Under the pieces are notes generated by a model that ran no database searches, was not told the DNA's origin, and worked only from the letters and a program-made list of their open reading frames with translations. From IMG/VR virus record IMGVR_UViG_3300027741_000054: a stretch of 64,000 nucleotides of DNA, one strand, 5' to 3'. Each line of letters starts with the position of its first letter. Within the stretch, counting starts at the first letter, position 1. Below, piece by piece: positions 53,617 through 63,425 of this stretch. Source of the DNA: an uncultured virus (IMG/VR IMGVR_UViG_3300027741_000054). Lineage: Duplodnaviria > Heunggongvirae > Uroviricota > Caudoviricetes. The translations under genes were made by a program, and so were the position numbers.

Positions 53617-55970
53617 GGGTAAGCTTGGGAGGTTTGGATATTGAGGGTAGCAGTTCCACTTAACGCACCATTGTTTGCCGACAAAGTTGAATTTGTACTT
53701 GTAGCGGGGTACTGACCCAGAGATCCGCTCACTAAAGTTCGAACCCAACTTCCGGAACTATTTGAAAAAGATGTTAAACAGTTATTATCCGCGGAATAAA
53801 AATCTTCAGAGCCGTTATAGCAAAACATACCCTGGGCCCGCGGGTAGTATAAATCCAACCCGCTGATAAAACCATCAGAAATATTGACCCCGTTACCGGT
53901 AAAAGACACAATGCGTTGCGGAAGACCTACCCCCCCACTAGCCGAAGCCATTTTACATACTCCATTTGTTTCTGGTTGATTGCCTAGAAAAATTGGACTC
54001 CCATGGAGGTTAGCAAAAAAGGTGTTGTACGCATTTAGATAATACTGAGTCACTGTTCCGGAAGAGAATGAATATTTGGCAACCCCGCCCCACCCAACAA
54101 ATGAAGTAGCGCCAGTAAAGGCTTTTACTCTATATCCAAAGTATACTGAAGAAGAACCAACTCCTATTTGACCACAAATTGCATGATCGTTGGAGGCGGA
54201 AACCGCACTCCCGTTATTAACAAGTAAATTACCATTAAGAAGAAGTAATGTTGAGACGGAACTGGTTGATATGTTTATCGCTCTTAGATATCCATTCCCG
54301 CTATTTCCAAGTTGGGTGTCTACTCTATCAGCTACAACTATAACTGCCCCAACTATACGAATGGAAAAAGGGTCACTAAATCTGGCTGCTGTACCTACAG
54401 CATTAACAAATCCCGAAACAAGAACACTCCCAGCAAAAGTTGTGACTACACCAGCCGAAGTTATTTTACGAACCGCACAACCATCTAGCACGTATATATT
54501 TCCAGAAGAATCGACCGTGATTGATTTTAAGTCTGTGAATCGAGCTGCTCCACCAGTTCCATCTTGTGTCCCAGAATTTCCTGGTGATCCGGCAAAAACG
54601 GTAGCTCCGGACGCTTCATTCACATATTTTCGAACAACATAATTATTACGATCAGTTATGTAGGTACCATTTGAGGTTGTCACAATATCCGAAGTATCAT
54701 TAAAACGTACATTTTGTTTAGTACTTGAATTAGCATAACCGCTAGCCCCAGGAGCTGTAAGCGGTATAGCTGCGGAGCCCGAGATAACTCCCGTAATCTG
54801 GTCGATACTCAATCCAGGGGGAAGCGGAGAGGCACCAAAAACAACAGGGGATTTTGTAGCTGTAATAGTATAAGGACTCATCGGAGAATATGGGGCTAAA
54901 AGTATAGGAGTTAGAGAACTCGTAATTACGGGTCTTTGCTGTAAAGATAAGGTAACGTTTTGTTGCCCAGACCCAAAAGAGTTTGTCGCAGAAACCCCAA
55001 TAACAACTGTAATTATAGAGTCATTAGAGGAAGACGTCGGTGTTCCACTTATTAAACCGGTACTAGTGTTGACAGATAAACCTGTGGGTAAGTTCGTTGC
55101 CCCGTAAGAAAGAATAGCGGTTGGAGAAGAAGCAGTAATTTGATATGAAAAAGCTGTGGCCATTTCACTGGTCTTGGAGTTTGAACTTGTTATCGTTGGA
55201 ACTATTCCGACAGTAACATTTAGAGTAGCGTTTCCCGTAAGGTATCCATTATCTGCTGATAACCCAATATTGGTAGACTGGGGGAGGGATCCTGCGGGAA
55301 TAACTGGAGCACCAGAAATTATTCCAGTAGATGTATCAATACTTAACCCAGAAGGAAGCGGAATAGCATTAAATGATATTGGAGACTTAGAGGCTGTGAT
55401 TGTATAGGGAGTAATTGGAATACCTGAAAAATAAGTCAGGGGGGTCAAAGAACTTGTAATAACGGGACGTTGCTGAAGAGAAAAAGTTAAATATTGATTT
55501 CCTGTTCCGCTAGCATTTACCGCACTTAATGTTGTAATAACTGTAACTACAGCGTCATTAGAAGCCGATGTAGGAGTCCCAGTTATTAATCCGGTACCAG
55601 TGTCAACGGATAGACCGGAGGGAAGATTTGTGGCCCCATAAGAAAGAATAGCGGTGGAAGAAAAAGCAGTAATTTGATACGAGAAAGCTGTGGCCATCTC
55701 ATGCGTCACTGCGTCAGCGCTGGTTATGAAAGGAGTTGGAGGAGCATTAACTGTAAGGTCAAGAATTGTGGCACTTGTCCCCCCGGCGCTACGGCAAAGA
55801 ACAGTAACCGCAAATCTTCCTACCTGTTGTAACATCCCACTTATAACTCCGGAACTAGATATACTTAACGACTCAGGTAAATTTTCTGCCGTGAAAAAAA
55901 TTGCGTTAGGAGCCGTTAAGGTACGAGAATACGGATAACCGGCAAATCTATTTTCGTAGGTAATTGTCAT
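53613..55970 (-). CDS. Ig-like (He_PIG) repeat plus NHL-repeat fibre/adhesin protein
   Basis: About five LPxGLSxxTxTGxIxGxP repeats, then NHL-like repeats (DGTGGAARF..ITVDSSGNIYV); ATG 55970 overlaps the upstream stop. Confidence 0.8.
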   Translation of the reverse strand: MTITYENRFAGYPYSRTLTAPNAIFFTAENLPESLSISSSGVISGMLQQVGRFAVTVLCRSAGGTSATILDLTVNAPPTPFITSADAVTHEMATAFSYQITAFSSTAILSYGATNLPSGLSVDTGTGLITGTPTSASNDAVVTVITTLSAVNASGTGNQYLTFSLQQRPVITSSLTPLTYFSGIPITPYTITASKSPISFNAIPLPSGLSIDTSTGIISGAPVIPAGSLPQSTNIGLSADNGYLTGNATLNVTVGIVPTITSSNSKTSEMATAFSYQITASSPTAILSYGATNLPTGLSVNTSTGLISGTPTSSSNDSIITVVIGVSATNSFGSGQQNVTLSLQQRPVITSSLTPILLAPYSPMSPYTITATKSPVVFGASPLPPGLSIDQITGVISGSAAIPLTAPGASGYANSSTKQNVRFNDTSDIVTTSNGTYITDRNNYVVRKYVNEASGATVFAGSPGNSGTQDGTGGAARFTDLKSITVDSSGNIYVLDGCAVRKITSAGVVTTFAGSVLVSGFVNAVGTAARFSDPFSIRIVGAVIVVADRVDTQLGNSGNGYLRAINISTSSVSTLLLLNGNLLVNNGSAVSASNDHAICGQIGVGSSSVYFGYRVKAFTGATSFVGWGGVAKYSFSSGTVTQYYLNAYNTFFANLHGSPIFLGNQPETNGVCKMASASGGVGLPQRIVSFTGNGVNISDGFISGLDLYYPRAQGMFCYNGSEDFYSADNNCLTSFSNSSGSWVRTLVSGSLGQYPATSTNSTLSANNGALSGTATLNIQTSQAYP

Positions 55971-58273
55971 ATTGTTATGGAATTTGAACTTGTCCAAGAA
56001 TTTCTGGCTGTGTTAGAAATCACAGTTTTAAAAGGAAGCCCATAGTCACCATTTACACTAGCAGCTGCAATATAAGCTACTTCGCCAGAATTTGATGTGT
56101 CAACCTCGCTTAATTGGGTCCCAATGTAATATTGAGGGAGAGCAGGATTATTTGATAAAAAAGTGTCCGACGTCCACGTAATACCATTTGTTGAGGAATA
56201 AGCTCCAAACCCTCCCCCCTCAATGTTCCACCAAAATTTTCCAGCACGAAATACAATTCTTATATTACCTGAACTATTGCCTGTGGGTACTGTGTAAGAA
56301 GTCCAATTTAAACCATCGGTTGACCTATAATAGGTTGCAGTAACAGTAGCCAACTCGGGCATCCCAATAAAGACTGCATTTCCAGCTGCAACATAAGGTT
56401 CACTGAAGGATGGATTTGAGACAAAAGGAGCATTATAATACGCCCAGCTAATACCGTCAGTAGAAACTGCGGCAGACTTGGCTGTCGTAACTGTTCTTCG
56501 ACCAGTCCTAAGAGCTACTCCACTTATTGTATCGCAATTCGCTAGAGAATCATCACTAGTGCTCCCTGCTCCTCCACCCGCATTTGTCCATGTGGTTTTA
56601 TCGGAAGAATACATAGTGCTACCAGCGCTGTTACCTGCGCCAAACAATAAATATTTTCCATTAAAATACGTCAATGTATTATTAGATACATTGCTAAAAT
56701 TTCCTGTGGGAACAATTCTAGTCCAACTGGTTCCGTTGCTTGTGCTAAATACTACGCCTGGGGTACCAGCAACAAAGGGGTTGGACGTTATAAAAACCCA
56801 CTCAGTGCCGTTATATACTGACTCAAGATTATTACTAAGTTGGAACCCGGGGGAACTTGTGAGTAAAGATTTGGTCCAAGCAACTTTATCTGTAGACGTA
56901 TATACATACCAAGGCGCAGTCGGGGAGCTCCCCGAATAAGGAAGTTGCAATACAAAATAAGTAGATCCTATTTTAAAAACTCCCCTAGGGTAGGTTACTA
57001 TATTTGCGGCAACACCAGCCACGGTCAAGGTAACGGGGAGAGAGCCTGTGCCAGTCGCATTTGTGGCTGAAACACCGGCCGAAATGGATCCATATGGGGG
57101 CCCGCTTATCTGACCCGTAATTGCTCCGGTAGAAGAATTTAAAGATAGTGGGGCAGGAAAACTAGTGGCCCCATAACTTGTGGGCGAAGGTGTTCCGCTA
57201 GTCGTAATTTGATAAGAAAAATTCTGTAAATATGTGGCTGTTGCCGTAGAAGGGGAAGTAATAACTGGGACTTCATTTACAGTTATTGGTAAAGTTGCGC
57301 TACCAGTAAGTACTGCATTTGTAGCGCTAATAATAGTACTATAACTTCCTGAAGAACCTACTTGGGGAGTTCCAGATATAATTCCAGTGTTTGTATTGAC
57401 ACTCAACCCAGCGGGAAGTGGGGAGGCATTAAATGAAGTTGCAGATTTTGTAGCTGTGATTGTGTACGGGGTAATAGCGGTACCAACAGTAAAGACACGC
57501 GGAGTCAAGGAACTCGTAATCACTGGGCGCTGCTGAAGGGTAATAACCACATCTTGGAAGCCAATTCCGACGCCGCTTGCAGCACTTATAGTCGCTGTTG
57601 TTACAACAGTTGGACTATTCGAGGCGGAAGTTGGAGTTCCGCTTATTAACCCAGTACTGGTATTAACGGATAATCCAGAGGGAAGACCACTTGCCCCGTA
57701 TAAAAGAATTGGAATAGTAGACGAAGCAGTAATTTGATACGAGAAAGCTGTATTCATCTCTTGAGTAGTTGTACTAGGACTGGTGATGACTGGGCTCGGA
57801 ACATTTGGGACAGGAGTTATAGGCGAAGGGTCGGGTTGTGCTATTTGAGCTCCAATATAATACTTATATATAAATCCTACTGGGGGCGTTGGCAGGACTG
57901 GGACTGTGAAATTAGATTTCCCAAATGGCGACATATCATAAGTTAACCCGGACTCCCCCCATGGGAAAGTTACTACACTGTCATCCGGGACAATAATAAT
58001 ATCTCCTCTATTTAAAGTTGAAAATTCATACCAAGTGCCAGAAACATAACTTCGCAATGCCGGGGTAAGTAAGTTTGCTGATGGAGTTTGAATCCAAATT
58101 TTATCGTCATTTTCAAAATTTGGTATTGTGGTTCCTCTTACGTAAATATTCTCAACATCCGTTCTTTCTACGTGGGCATTTAACGCTACGTGGTCAACAG
58201 TATCCTGAACAGTTCGAGGATAATCGTCAAACCCAGGAGGATTAAAATAGACAGAATACTCGCTCATCCGCAT
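55967..58273 (-). CDS. Ig-like (He_PIG) repeat plus BNR/beta-propeller fibre protein
   Basis: Three He_PIG-like repeats, then repeated SxDGxxW Asp-box motifs. Confidence 0.8.
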   Translation of the reverse strand: MRMSEYSVYFNPPGFDDYPRTVQDTVDHVALNAHVERTDVENIYVRGTTIPNFENDDKIWIQTPSANLLTPALRSYVSGTWYEFSTLNRGDIIIVPDDSVVTFPWGESGLTYDMSPFGKSNFTVPVLPTPPVGFIYKYYIGAQIAQPDPSPITPVPNVPSPVITSPSTTTQEMNTAFSYQITASSTIPILLYGASGLPSGLSVNTSTGLISGTPTSASNSPTVVTTATISAASGVGIGFQDVVITLQQRPVITSSLTPRVFTVGTAITPYTITATKSATSFNASPLPAGLSVNTNTGIISGTPQVGSSGSYSTIISATNAVLTGSATLPITVNEVPVITSPSTATATYLQNFSYQITTSGTPSPTSYGATSFPAPLSLNSSTGAITGQISGPPYGSISAGVSATNATGTGSLPVTLTVAGVAANIVTYPRGVFKIGSTYFVLQLPYSGSSPTAPWYVYTSTDKVAWTKSLLTSSPGFQLSNNLESVYNGTEWVFITSNPFVAGTPGVVFSTSNGTSWTRIVPTGNFSNVSNNTLTYFNGKYLLFGAGNSAGSTMYSSDKTTWTNAGGGAGSTSDDSLANCDTISGVALRTGRRTVTTAKSAAVSTDGISWAYYNAPFVSNPSFSEPYVAAGNAVFIGMPELATVTATYYRSTDGLNWTSYTVPTGNSSGNIRIVFRAGKFWWNIEGGGFGAYSSTNGITWTSDTFLSNNPALPQYYIGTQLSEVDTSNSGEVAYIAAASVNGDYGLPFKTVISNTARNSWTSSNSITI

Positions 58274-60225
58274 TCTCCCAAGTCGCTGATGTCCTTACGA
58301 GAGGCGTGAAGTCTGAACAACGCAAGTTTAGCCTGGCCCTCCCAATAAAGTTTGGCCTGGAACATATAACCAAAATTAGACAACCGATTTGTAGGGTCAA
58401 GACAAACAGACTCTGGCTTCACAGTTCGGACTGTCCTGAATCCATAGGGAAGATCGGGTGGAGATTGTGTCGTCAGGACTGGAGTCTCCTGTTCGTTGGG
58501 TATCGTCTTCTCTTGAATTGAGTAAAATAAATTAACAAAGTCGGGACTATATTTCAAATTCCAAGTGACGTCTCCATATACATCTGTAAACCCAACATCT
58601 GCCCGCATAAGAGTCTTGATGTCAAAAGGAGTTCCAAATGAAAATCGTTTAGTTTCGACTGAACATTCAATAGGAGTTGTAACGACACCAGCACTTCGGG
58701 AAGGTTTTATCTCGTCGGCATAATCTGCGAGCGTGACTTCATAAAGGCAATTTTTACCATCTGAATCGCATGTAATTGCAAAACATCGTCTAGAATTGTC
58801 GAACGTTCCTTCCACTAATTTACAAATTTGAAAACCATTCCACTCTCCATCAAAAACAGGAACTGGTGCATTAAGGACAGAACCTGCATTAAAATCTTTG
58901 CTTACAATTTTAGAGAAAACAATGTTAAACCTTCCGGTATAATTACCATTTGCATTAGTGATTCTTTGAATCTTTGGGGCTCCACCAAGAAGATATCGAC
59001 TATCAAATAAAATACCAGGAGCATAAGTTAGCCATCTCTCCGTATCATAAGCCATTACCCTAGCCGCTTCCAAACTGTTGACAAAACTAAGTATTCCGAA
59101 CCCACTAATAGTTTGAGCCAGAGATCTTATCCCCTCTAAAGATCTGAAATATATATCTCGATCTGTAAGAATAATTGATTCTTGGTTTTCTGATCCTCGA
59201 CCAACAAATATCTTTCTTTGCATTCCTGGAGTAGTTTGCCAAGTTGTACGATCGTAATTAGTGGCTCGAATAGCGTAAATTGCATTTTGTGTAAAAACAA
59301 TAAGGTCTCCTTGGCCAACAGAATTATCTTGTCCCGGTAAAAAGACAAGTCCAGTTATATTCTCGTTGAAATAAAAACTTCCGCCACCAGTTAAATAAAT
59401 TGTTTCAGTAAATTTAATTTCAGCATTCAAGCTTGAGCCAACAAGATCTCCAGCAAAAAGGTTATTATTGTTTGCCACCCATAACCGACCGTTGCCGTAA
59501 GCTACAAGTGAACCTACGGGTATTGAAATATTGTCACGGACAATTCCGGGAGAATAAAAAAGAAGTGTGGTAACAATAGTCCTTGTCGCGTCTTTACTTA
59601 ACGTAATAGTTGAATTTTCAATATCAAAAGATGTTACAAAAGTTCCATCTTGCACGGCTCCGGAATTGGAAGCAACGAACATTCCAACTTCAATTCCAAC
59701 CACATTTGGTACAGCAATAAGATTATTGTTTGCTCCTAAGACGGCGTCTGTAATGGTAACTGCCGGACTGGCTAATTGTGTTTTTCCCTGGGACCTAAAA
59801 GAAGTAGCTCCGTCGTAAACAATAGCCGGAGAGGTTCCATCCTGCGAAACTAGAAAAGCGTTTGCCTGCACCAAGGAAGCTTTTTGAGAAACAAAAGGAC
59901 TTGTCTCGCCGGCAGGAGAAATATCCCTGGCTTCTGTGGAGGCTTCTAGAGGAGAAAGGTCATACAATTTTCCGTTGATCAAAGCAATCAGGTCCTGAGT
60001 GTTTCGAATTCGATTTGTAAAGTAGCAAGCTCCCTGAACAACGCCAGGAGGAAGTAACTTAATAAATTTGAAACCGGGGCGGGTCTTGGGAAAACCATCT
60101 CGGATAACAATGTTCTCACCCCATGAGTATTGATTCTCTGAGATTAAGGCTGGGTCAACGGCAGAATTAGCTCCCCCCAGAAAGGACCCCATCCCCTCTG
60201 TTAACCTATTCTGGTCCGAGATCAT
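58264..60225 (-). CDS. Probable tail nozzle/stabilisation protein (P22 gp10 / T7 gp12-like)
   Basis: 653 aa, beta-rich; GG.N..DP..I..NQ....NI..RDG..TRPGF N-terminus typical of podovirus nozzle proteins. Confidence 0.6.
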   Translation of the reverse strand: MISDQNRLTEGMGSFLGGANSAVDPALISENQYSWGENIVIRDGFPKTRPGFKFIKLLPPGVVQGACYFTNRIRNTQDLIALINGKLYDLSPLEASTEARDISPAGETSPFVSQKASLVQANAFLVSQDGTSPAIVYDGATSFRSQGKTQLASPAVTITDAVLGANNNLIAVPNVVGIEVGMFVASNSGAVQDGTFVTSFDIENSTITLSKDATRTIVTTLLFYSPGIVRDNISIPVGSLVAYGNGRLWVANNNNLFAGDLVGSSLNAEIKFTETIYLTGGGSFYFNENITGLVFLPGQDNSVGQGDLIVFTQNAIYAIRATNYDRTTWQTTPGMQRKIFVGRGSENQESIILTDRDIYFRSLEGIRSLAQTISGFGILSFVNSLEAARVMAYDTERWLTYAPGILFDSRYLLGGAPKIQRITNANGNYTGRFNIVFSKIVSKDFNAGSVLNAPVPVFDGEWNGFQICKLVEGTFDNSRRCFAITCDSDGKNCLYEVTLADYADEIKPSRSAGVVTTPIECSVETKRFSFGTPFDIKTLMRADVGFTDVYGDVTWNLKYSPDFVNLFYSIQEKTIPNEQETPVLTTQSPPDLPYGFRTVRTVKPESVCLDPTNRLSNFGYMFQAKLYWEGQAKLALFRLHASRKDISDLGECG

Positions 60226-61130
60226 TAGACTGCCAGAGTATAAGTTGAGACTATAACGTTTAAATTAATGGATACTGAACTGTAGGCATTCGTGCTGTAG
60301 TTGTGAAAAAATACATTTACAGTATTTGTGGTAGAAACAACAGCTGAAATCGAAACATCGTTTTCAAAAGTAGATGCGGGATTTGCCGCGTATCCAATAG
60401 TCACGACATCCCCTAAAGCCGCGCCAGTGCAGGTAATGGAAACTCGTTGAACTGCTCCTACAGTTCCAGCTAACGTAACAGTAGCTGTTGGAGTAAAAAA
60501 TAAAAGTTTGGTAAGCTCTGCTGCTGGAGTTGCGGTACCAACACGAAGTCTGGTGCCTTTTACGTACCCAGAAGAAACTAACGTGTTACCGGTGACTTCC
60601 ATGCTACCGCCAACAGTTAAAGTTGCTCCACCAGAAGCTGGACTAACATTAACGCCAACTTTGTTTAACACGGCGTCGGCTTGGATTAGGGGAAGACTAT
60701 TTGATCCGCTCACCCTAAAAGCTGGATTAACGGAGGTAAAAGACTGATTGATATCAATCGAAGTTAGATTTGGGTCAATGTATCCTGCAACAGATGATGG
60801 TGAGATTCTACGGTTTGAAGAGACTGTCGAACCAGAAGCCACTAAATCTATATTGGCTAATTCTACTGTAATTGCAGTTGAAGATACAATAGCAAGAACT
60901 TGGTAGTACCCAGCCTGAGCAATATAGATGTTTTGCCCTAAAGCAATCCAAGCAGAATCGCCAACCAAAATAGTTACATTTGATCCTATATTTGGTTGAG
61001 TAAAAGAAGCGGTAAGGGTTGTGAAGGCATTAATTCCGTTCGTACCGTCGGTGCCGTTAATGCCACCAAAACCTTGAGGTCCTTGGGGTCCGGCTTCTCC
61101 AATTACAAGTGTATTACAATCGCAGCTCAT
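60225..61130 (-). CDS. Tail/virion fibre-like protein with short collagen segment
   Basis: GEAGPQGPQG..GTDGTNG; T/S/V-rich beta regions. Confidence 0.65.
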   Translation of the reverse strand: MSCDCNTLVIGEAGPQGPQGFGGINGTDGTNGINAFTTLTASFTQPNIGSNVTILVGDSAWIALGQNIYIAQAGYYQVLAIVSSTAITVELANIDLVASGSTVSSNRRISPSSVAGYIDPNLTSIDINQSFTSVNPAFRVSGSNSLPLIQADAVLNKVGVNVSPASGGATLTVGGSMEVTGNTLVSSGYVKGTRLRVGTATPAAELTKLLFFTPTATVTLAGTVGAVQRVSITCTGAALGDVVTIGYAANPASTFENDVSISAVVSTTNTVNVFFHNYSTNAYSSVSINLNVIVSTYTLAV

Positions 61131-61140
61131 TTAATCCTCC

Positions 61141-61542
61141 TTATGAAAGTGCGCTCCAAGCGCCAACAGCTCGAACATATAGGGTGGTCGATGCTGTTCC
61201 ATTAACTCGTAAAAAAATTGACCCGTTCGGTGCTGATAGTGTAGGCACTCCGGTTCCGCATAAAATATGAGGAGCATTTGTTCCGGTTGAAGTAGAACTC
61301 AAATCAATGGTGCCACCATTTCCATTTCCTGTACTGTAAGTAAAAATATTTCCGCCAGTCCCACCATTGTTTCTGGTATCAATGGTACCGCCATTCGGGG
61401 GAAGAAAAGGATTTGTTAAAATCGCAGCTTTTGCTTGTTCAACAGTTTGAGCTAATAAAGTTGCCGGCGGGGGAGTTGTATTTGCCCCAGCTGTTCCGCA
61501 ATCGCAATCTCTGGCGTAGTTGTCGGGATTTGGGAAACTCAT
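61141..61542 (-). CDS. Hypothetical structural protein
   Basis: GTGVP..APNGSIFLR..G..LYV...W motif common in fibre proteins. Confidence 0.65.
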   Translation of the reverse strand: MSFPNPDNYARDCDCGTAGANTTPPPATLLAQTVEQAKAAILTNPFLPPNGGTIDTRNNGGTGGNIFTYSTGNGNGGTIDLSSTSTGTNAPHILCGTGVPTLSAPNGSIFLRVNGTASTTLYVRAVGAWSALS

Positions 61543-61549
61543 CGCAAGT

Positions 61550-61577
61550 AGTATGGCAACTGGTTTTTTGGAGTCAA
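61550..61577 (-). promoter_or_regulatory. Promoter TTGACT-N16-CATACT, near-leaderless
   Basis: -10 ends 7 nt before ATG 61542. Confidence 0.6.
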
Positions 61578-61580
61578 TAT

Positions 61581-62156
61581 TTAAACCGCATCTAGTTCAT
61601 AACCCGACATTATACAAGAACTACTGAGTGTTGTATAGGGTGTTGCTCCGCCGGAGACGAATGCAATAGTAATTCTACAGTTAATAACTTGTCCGGCTGA
61701 GACTACTCCGCGGGCTGTTGCAGAGGAGGAACTGCCAGTCCTAACCCAATATCCAGCTACTAGGGGGGATGGAAAGGTTAAGCCACCAAAATTAAAAGTA
61801 TTGGATAGTTGATTCGTAGAGCCAGTTCCTGTGCCTCTAAAAAGCTGAACTGTGGGTAGAGTTGTAGCTGTTGACCCCACTACGGTATTTAAGGTATACG
61901 TAACATCTTGAATTACAAAACGTTTTCCAATCGGAACTGTGTAGACGGGGGTATTAGTATTTAACGAATCAAGAAGATTTAGGGCAACTGTAATAACTTT
62001 AAAATTCTCTGCACCGGAAGGGCCGGGAGGTCCTTGTGGGCCGGGAGGTCCTTGTGGGCCGGGAACAGCGGAAGCCGCGGCAATTTGAGCTTCCGTCAAA
62101 CCTGTTGAAAGAACATTTCGATCTCGAGTTGGATTGTTAACGTCAGCTAAACTCAT
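61581..62156 (-). CDS. Collagen-repeat structural protein
   Basis: GPQGPPGPQGPPGPSG followed by a beta-sandwich-like domain. Confidence 0.7.
   Translation of the reverse strand: MSLADVNNPTRDRNVLSTGLTEAQIAAASAVPGPQGPPGPQGPPGPSGAENFKVITVALNLLDSLNTNTPVYTVPIGKRFVIQDVTYTLNTVVGSTATTLPTVQLFRGTGTGSTNQLSNTFNFGGLTFPSPLVAGYWVRTGSSSSATARGVVSAGQVINCRITIAFVSGGATPYTTLSSSCIMSGYELDAV
62020..62064. repeat. 18-bp tandem repeat (2.5 copies) encoding collagen triplets
   Basis: GGGCCGGGAGGTCCTTGT repeated exactly. Confidence 0.85.
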
Positions 62157-62554
62157 TTATGTGAAGCTCCTCTCAACACATTCCAATTGTCGCGCCATTT
62201 ACAGTTAGGTTCAAGATAAATCGACTTTGTGCGGGGAAGTTTTTCTCTTGGTATAATGAACAACGCGTCCAGAGTTGTGTGATAAAATATAAAAATATCG
62301 CAGTCTATTTTAGAGTATAACCTTTTTTCCATATGCCCAAAACCTGGACCTCTTATCGCAAAAAACTTTAACTTCCTACGTCGGCAATCTTCATTTCCAA
62401 TAGTAGTTTTAACCTGTACCCGCGCCATATTTCCCTTCCAATCTGTAACTAAATCATACCCGTCATCGTAAATGGGCATACTCACAAGAAAACCTTGTTC
62501 CATCAATTTAGTGCAAACCTTCTGTACTCCTATTGCTCCTAGTTTAATACTCAT
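62153..62554 (-). CDS. PD-(D/E)XK endonuclease (free-standing, homing-endonuclease-like)
   Basis: GF.VS.P..D.GYDLV......RVQVKT..Y....D.F pattern; ATG 62554 overlaps the lysin stop. Confidence 0.8.
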   Translation of the reverse strand: MSIKLGAIGVQKVCTKLMEQGFLVSMPIYDDGYDLVTDWKGNMARVQVKTTIGNEDCRRRKLKFFAIRGPGFGHMEKRLYSKIDCDIFIFYHTTLDALFIIPREKLPRTKSIYLEPNCKWRDNWNVLRGASHK

Positions 62555-63093
62555 AACCAGTTCCTTGCGAGCATTGTACACAATGGTCGACGCTTGCGAT
62601 AGACCCCATCCCCCTCTCGACTGCCATTATCGTTTGTATTACCTTCTATCGTAACTGCCATCTTGCCCTCAATTCGCTCTATAAGCCCCGTGTGAGCCAC
62701 CCTACGTAAGCTTTGGAAGTATATGCCAAAAGCGTCAGCGGGGCCCGGGGACACGCCTTTACCGCGATCCCAAGTGGGTTTAACGACAAAGGCCGGACTC
62801 CAAGCGGAACGGGGGAAAGGATTGGACTTCTTGCCGAAAGCCTTGTCTCCTACATAGACAACCCAAGCCGCGCACCAAGGAGCACGACTACCTTCTAATC
62901 CAACTGTGGCTAAAATCTCGTCCACCACGGCCCCGGAGTTTCCAGGTTCTTCTCGGAGTCCGATCGTATTTCTGGCAACTTCCATAAGGCTTTCCACTCT
63001 TGCTCCTCGCGGTAGTACGACTCCCTGAGCAACTCCCTCTCCGGCACCCAGCAAAGATAGAGATGCCAAAGCCAGCGCATAAATTATCCACAT
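62551..63093 (-). CDS. CHAP-family endolysin with N-terminal signal sequence
   Basis: APWCAAWV, AHTGLI and TIEGNT motifs; hydrophobic N-terminus. Confidence 0.85.
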   Translation of the reverse strand: MWIIYALALASLSLLGAGEGVAQGVVLPRGARVESLMEVARNTIGLREEPGNSGAVVDEILATVGLEGSRAPWCAAWVVYVGDKAFGKKSNPFPRSAWSPAFVVKPTWDRGKGVSPGPADAFGIYFQSLRRVAHTGLIERIEGKMAVTIEGNTNDNGSREGDGVYRKRRPLCTMLARNWL

Positions 63094-63425
63094 AACAAGG
63101 CAAAAGCTAAGACAAGACCTATGAAAACGGTGACCAGTATGGTCGTTCGCGTCTGTCCGCTTAGTTCCCGCCAGTCATCCTCCAAAGCATTATTATCCAT
63201 GTACTGGTCTAAAAACTTGAACTCAATATTGATTATTAGCCAAGCTAATGTCACTGCAAAGAGCAACTTAACGCCTGCAAACAGAACAACATGAAGGGCT
63301 CCAAGGTCTACAACTCCAGCTCCGGGGTCAATAGCGTGAAGGATTGGGCCTAAGGCAAGAAACAAAACAAGGCCACACGACAAAGCGCCCAAACCCTGGA
63401 CGTTATCCTTTAGCCACTTTTTCAC
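63084..63425 (-). CDS. Probable holin (three TM segments)
   Basis: 113 aa, three hydrophobic helices, directly upstream of the lysin. Confidence 0.6.
   Translation of the reverse strand: MKKWLKDNVQGLGALSCGLVLFLALGPILHAIDPGAGVVDLGALHVVLFAGVKLLFAVTLAWLIINIEFKFLDQYMDNNALEDDWRELSGQTRTTILVTVFIGLVLAFALLCG

Noticed and set aside
53613..58273. Diversity-generating retroelement or invertible cassette in the fibre genes
   Set aside because: No reverse transcriptase or invertase in the window; the repeats are coding Ig domains without adenine-specific mismatches
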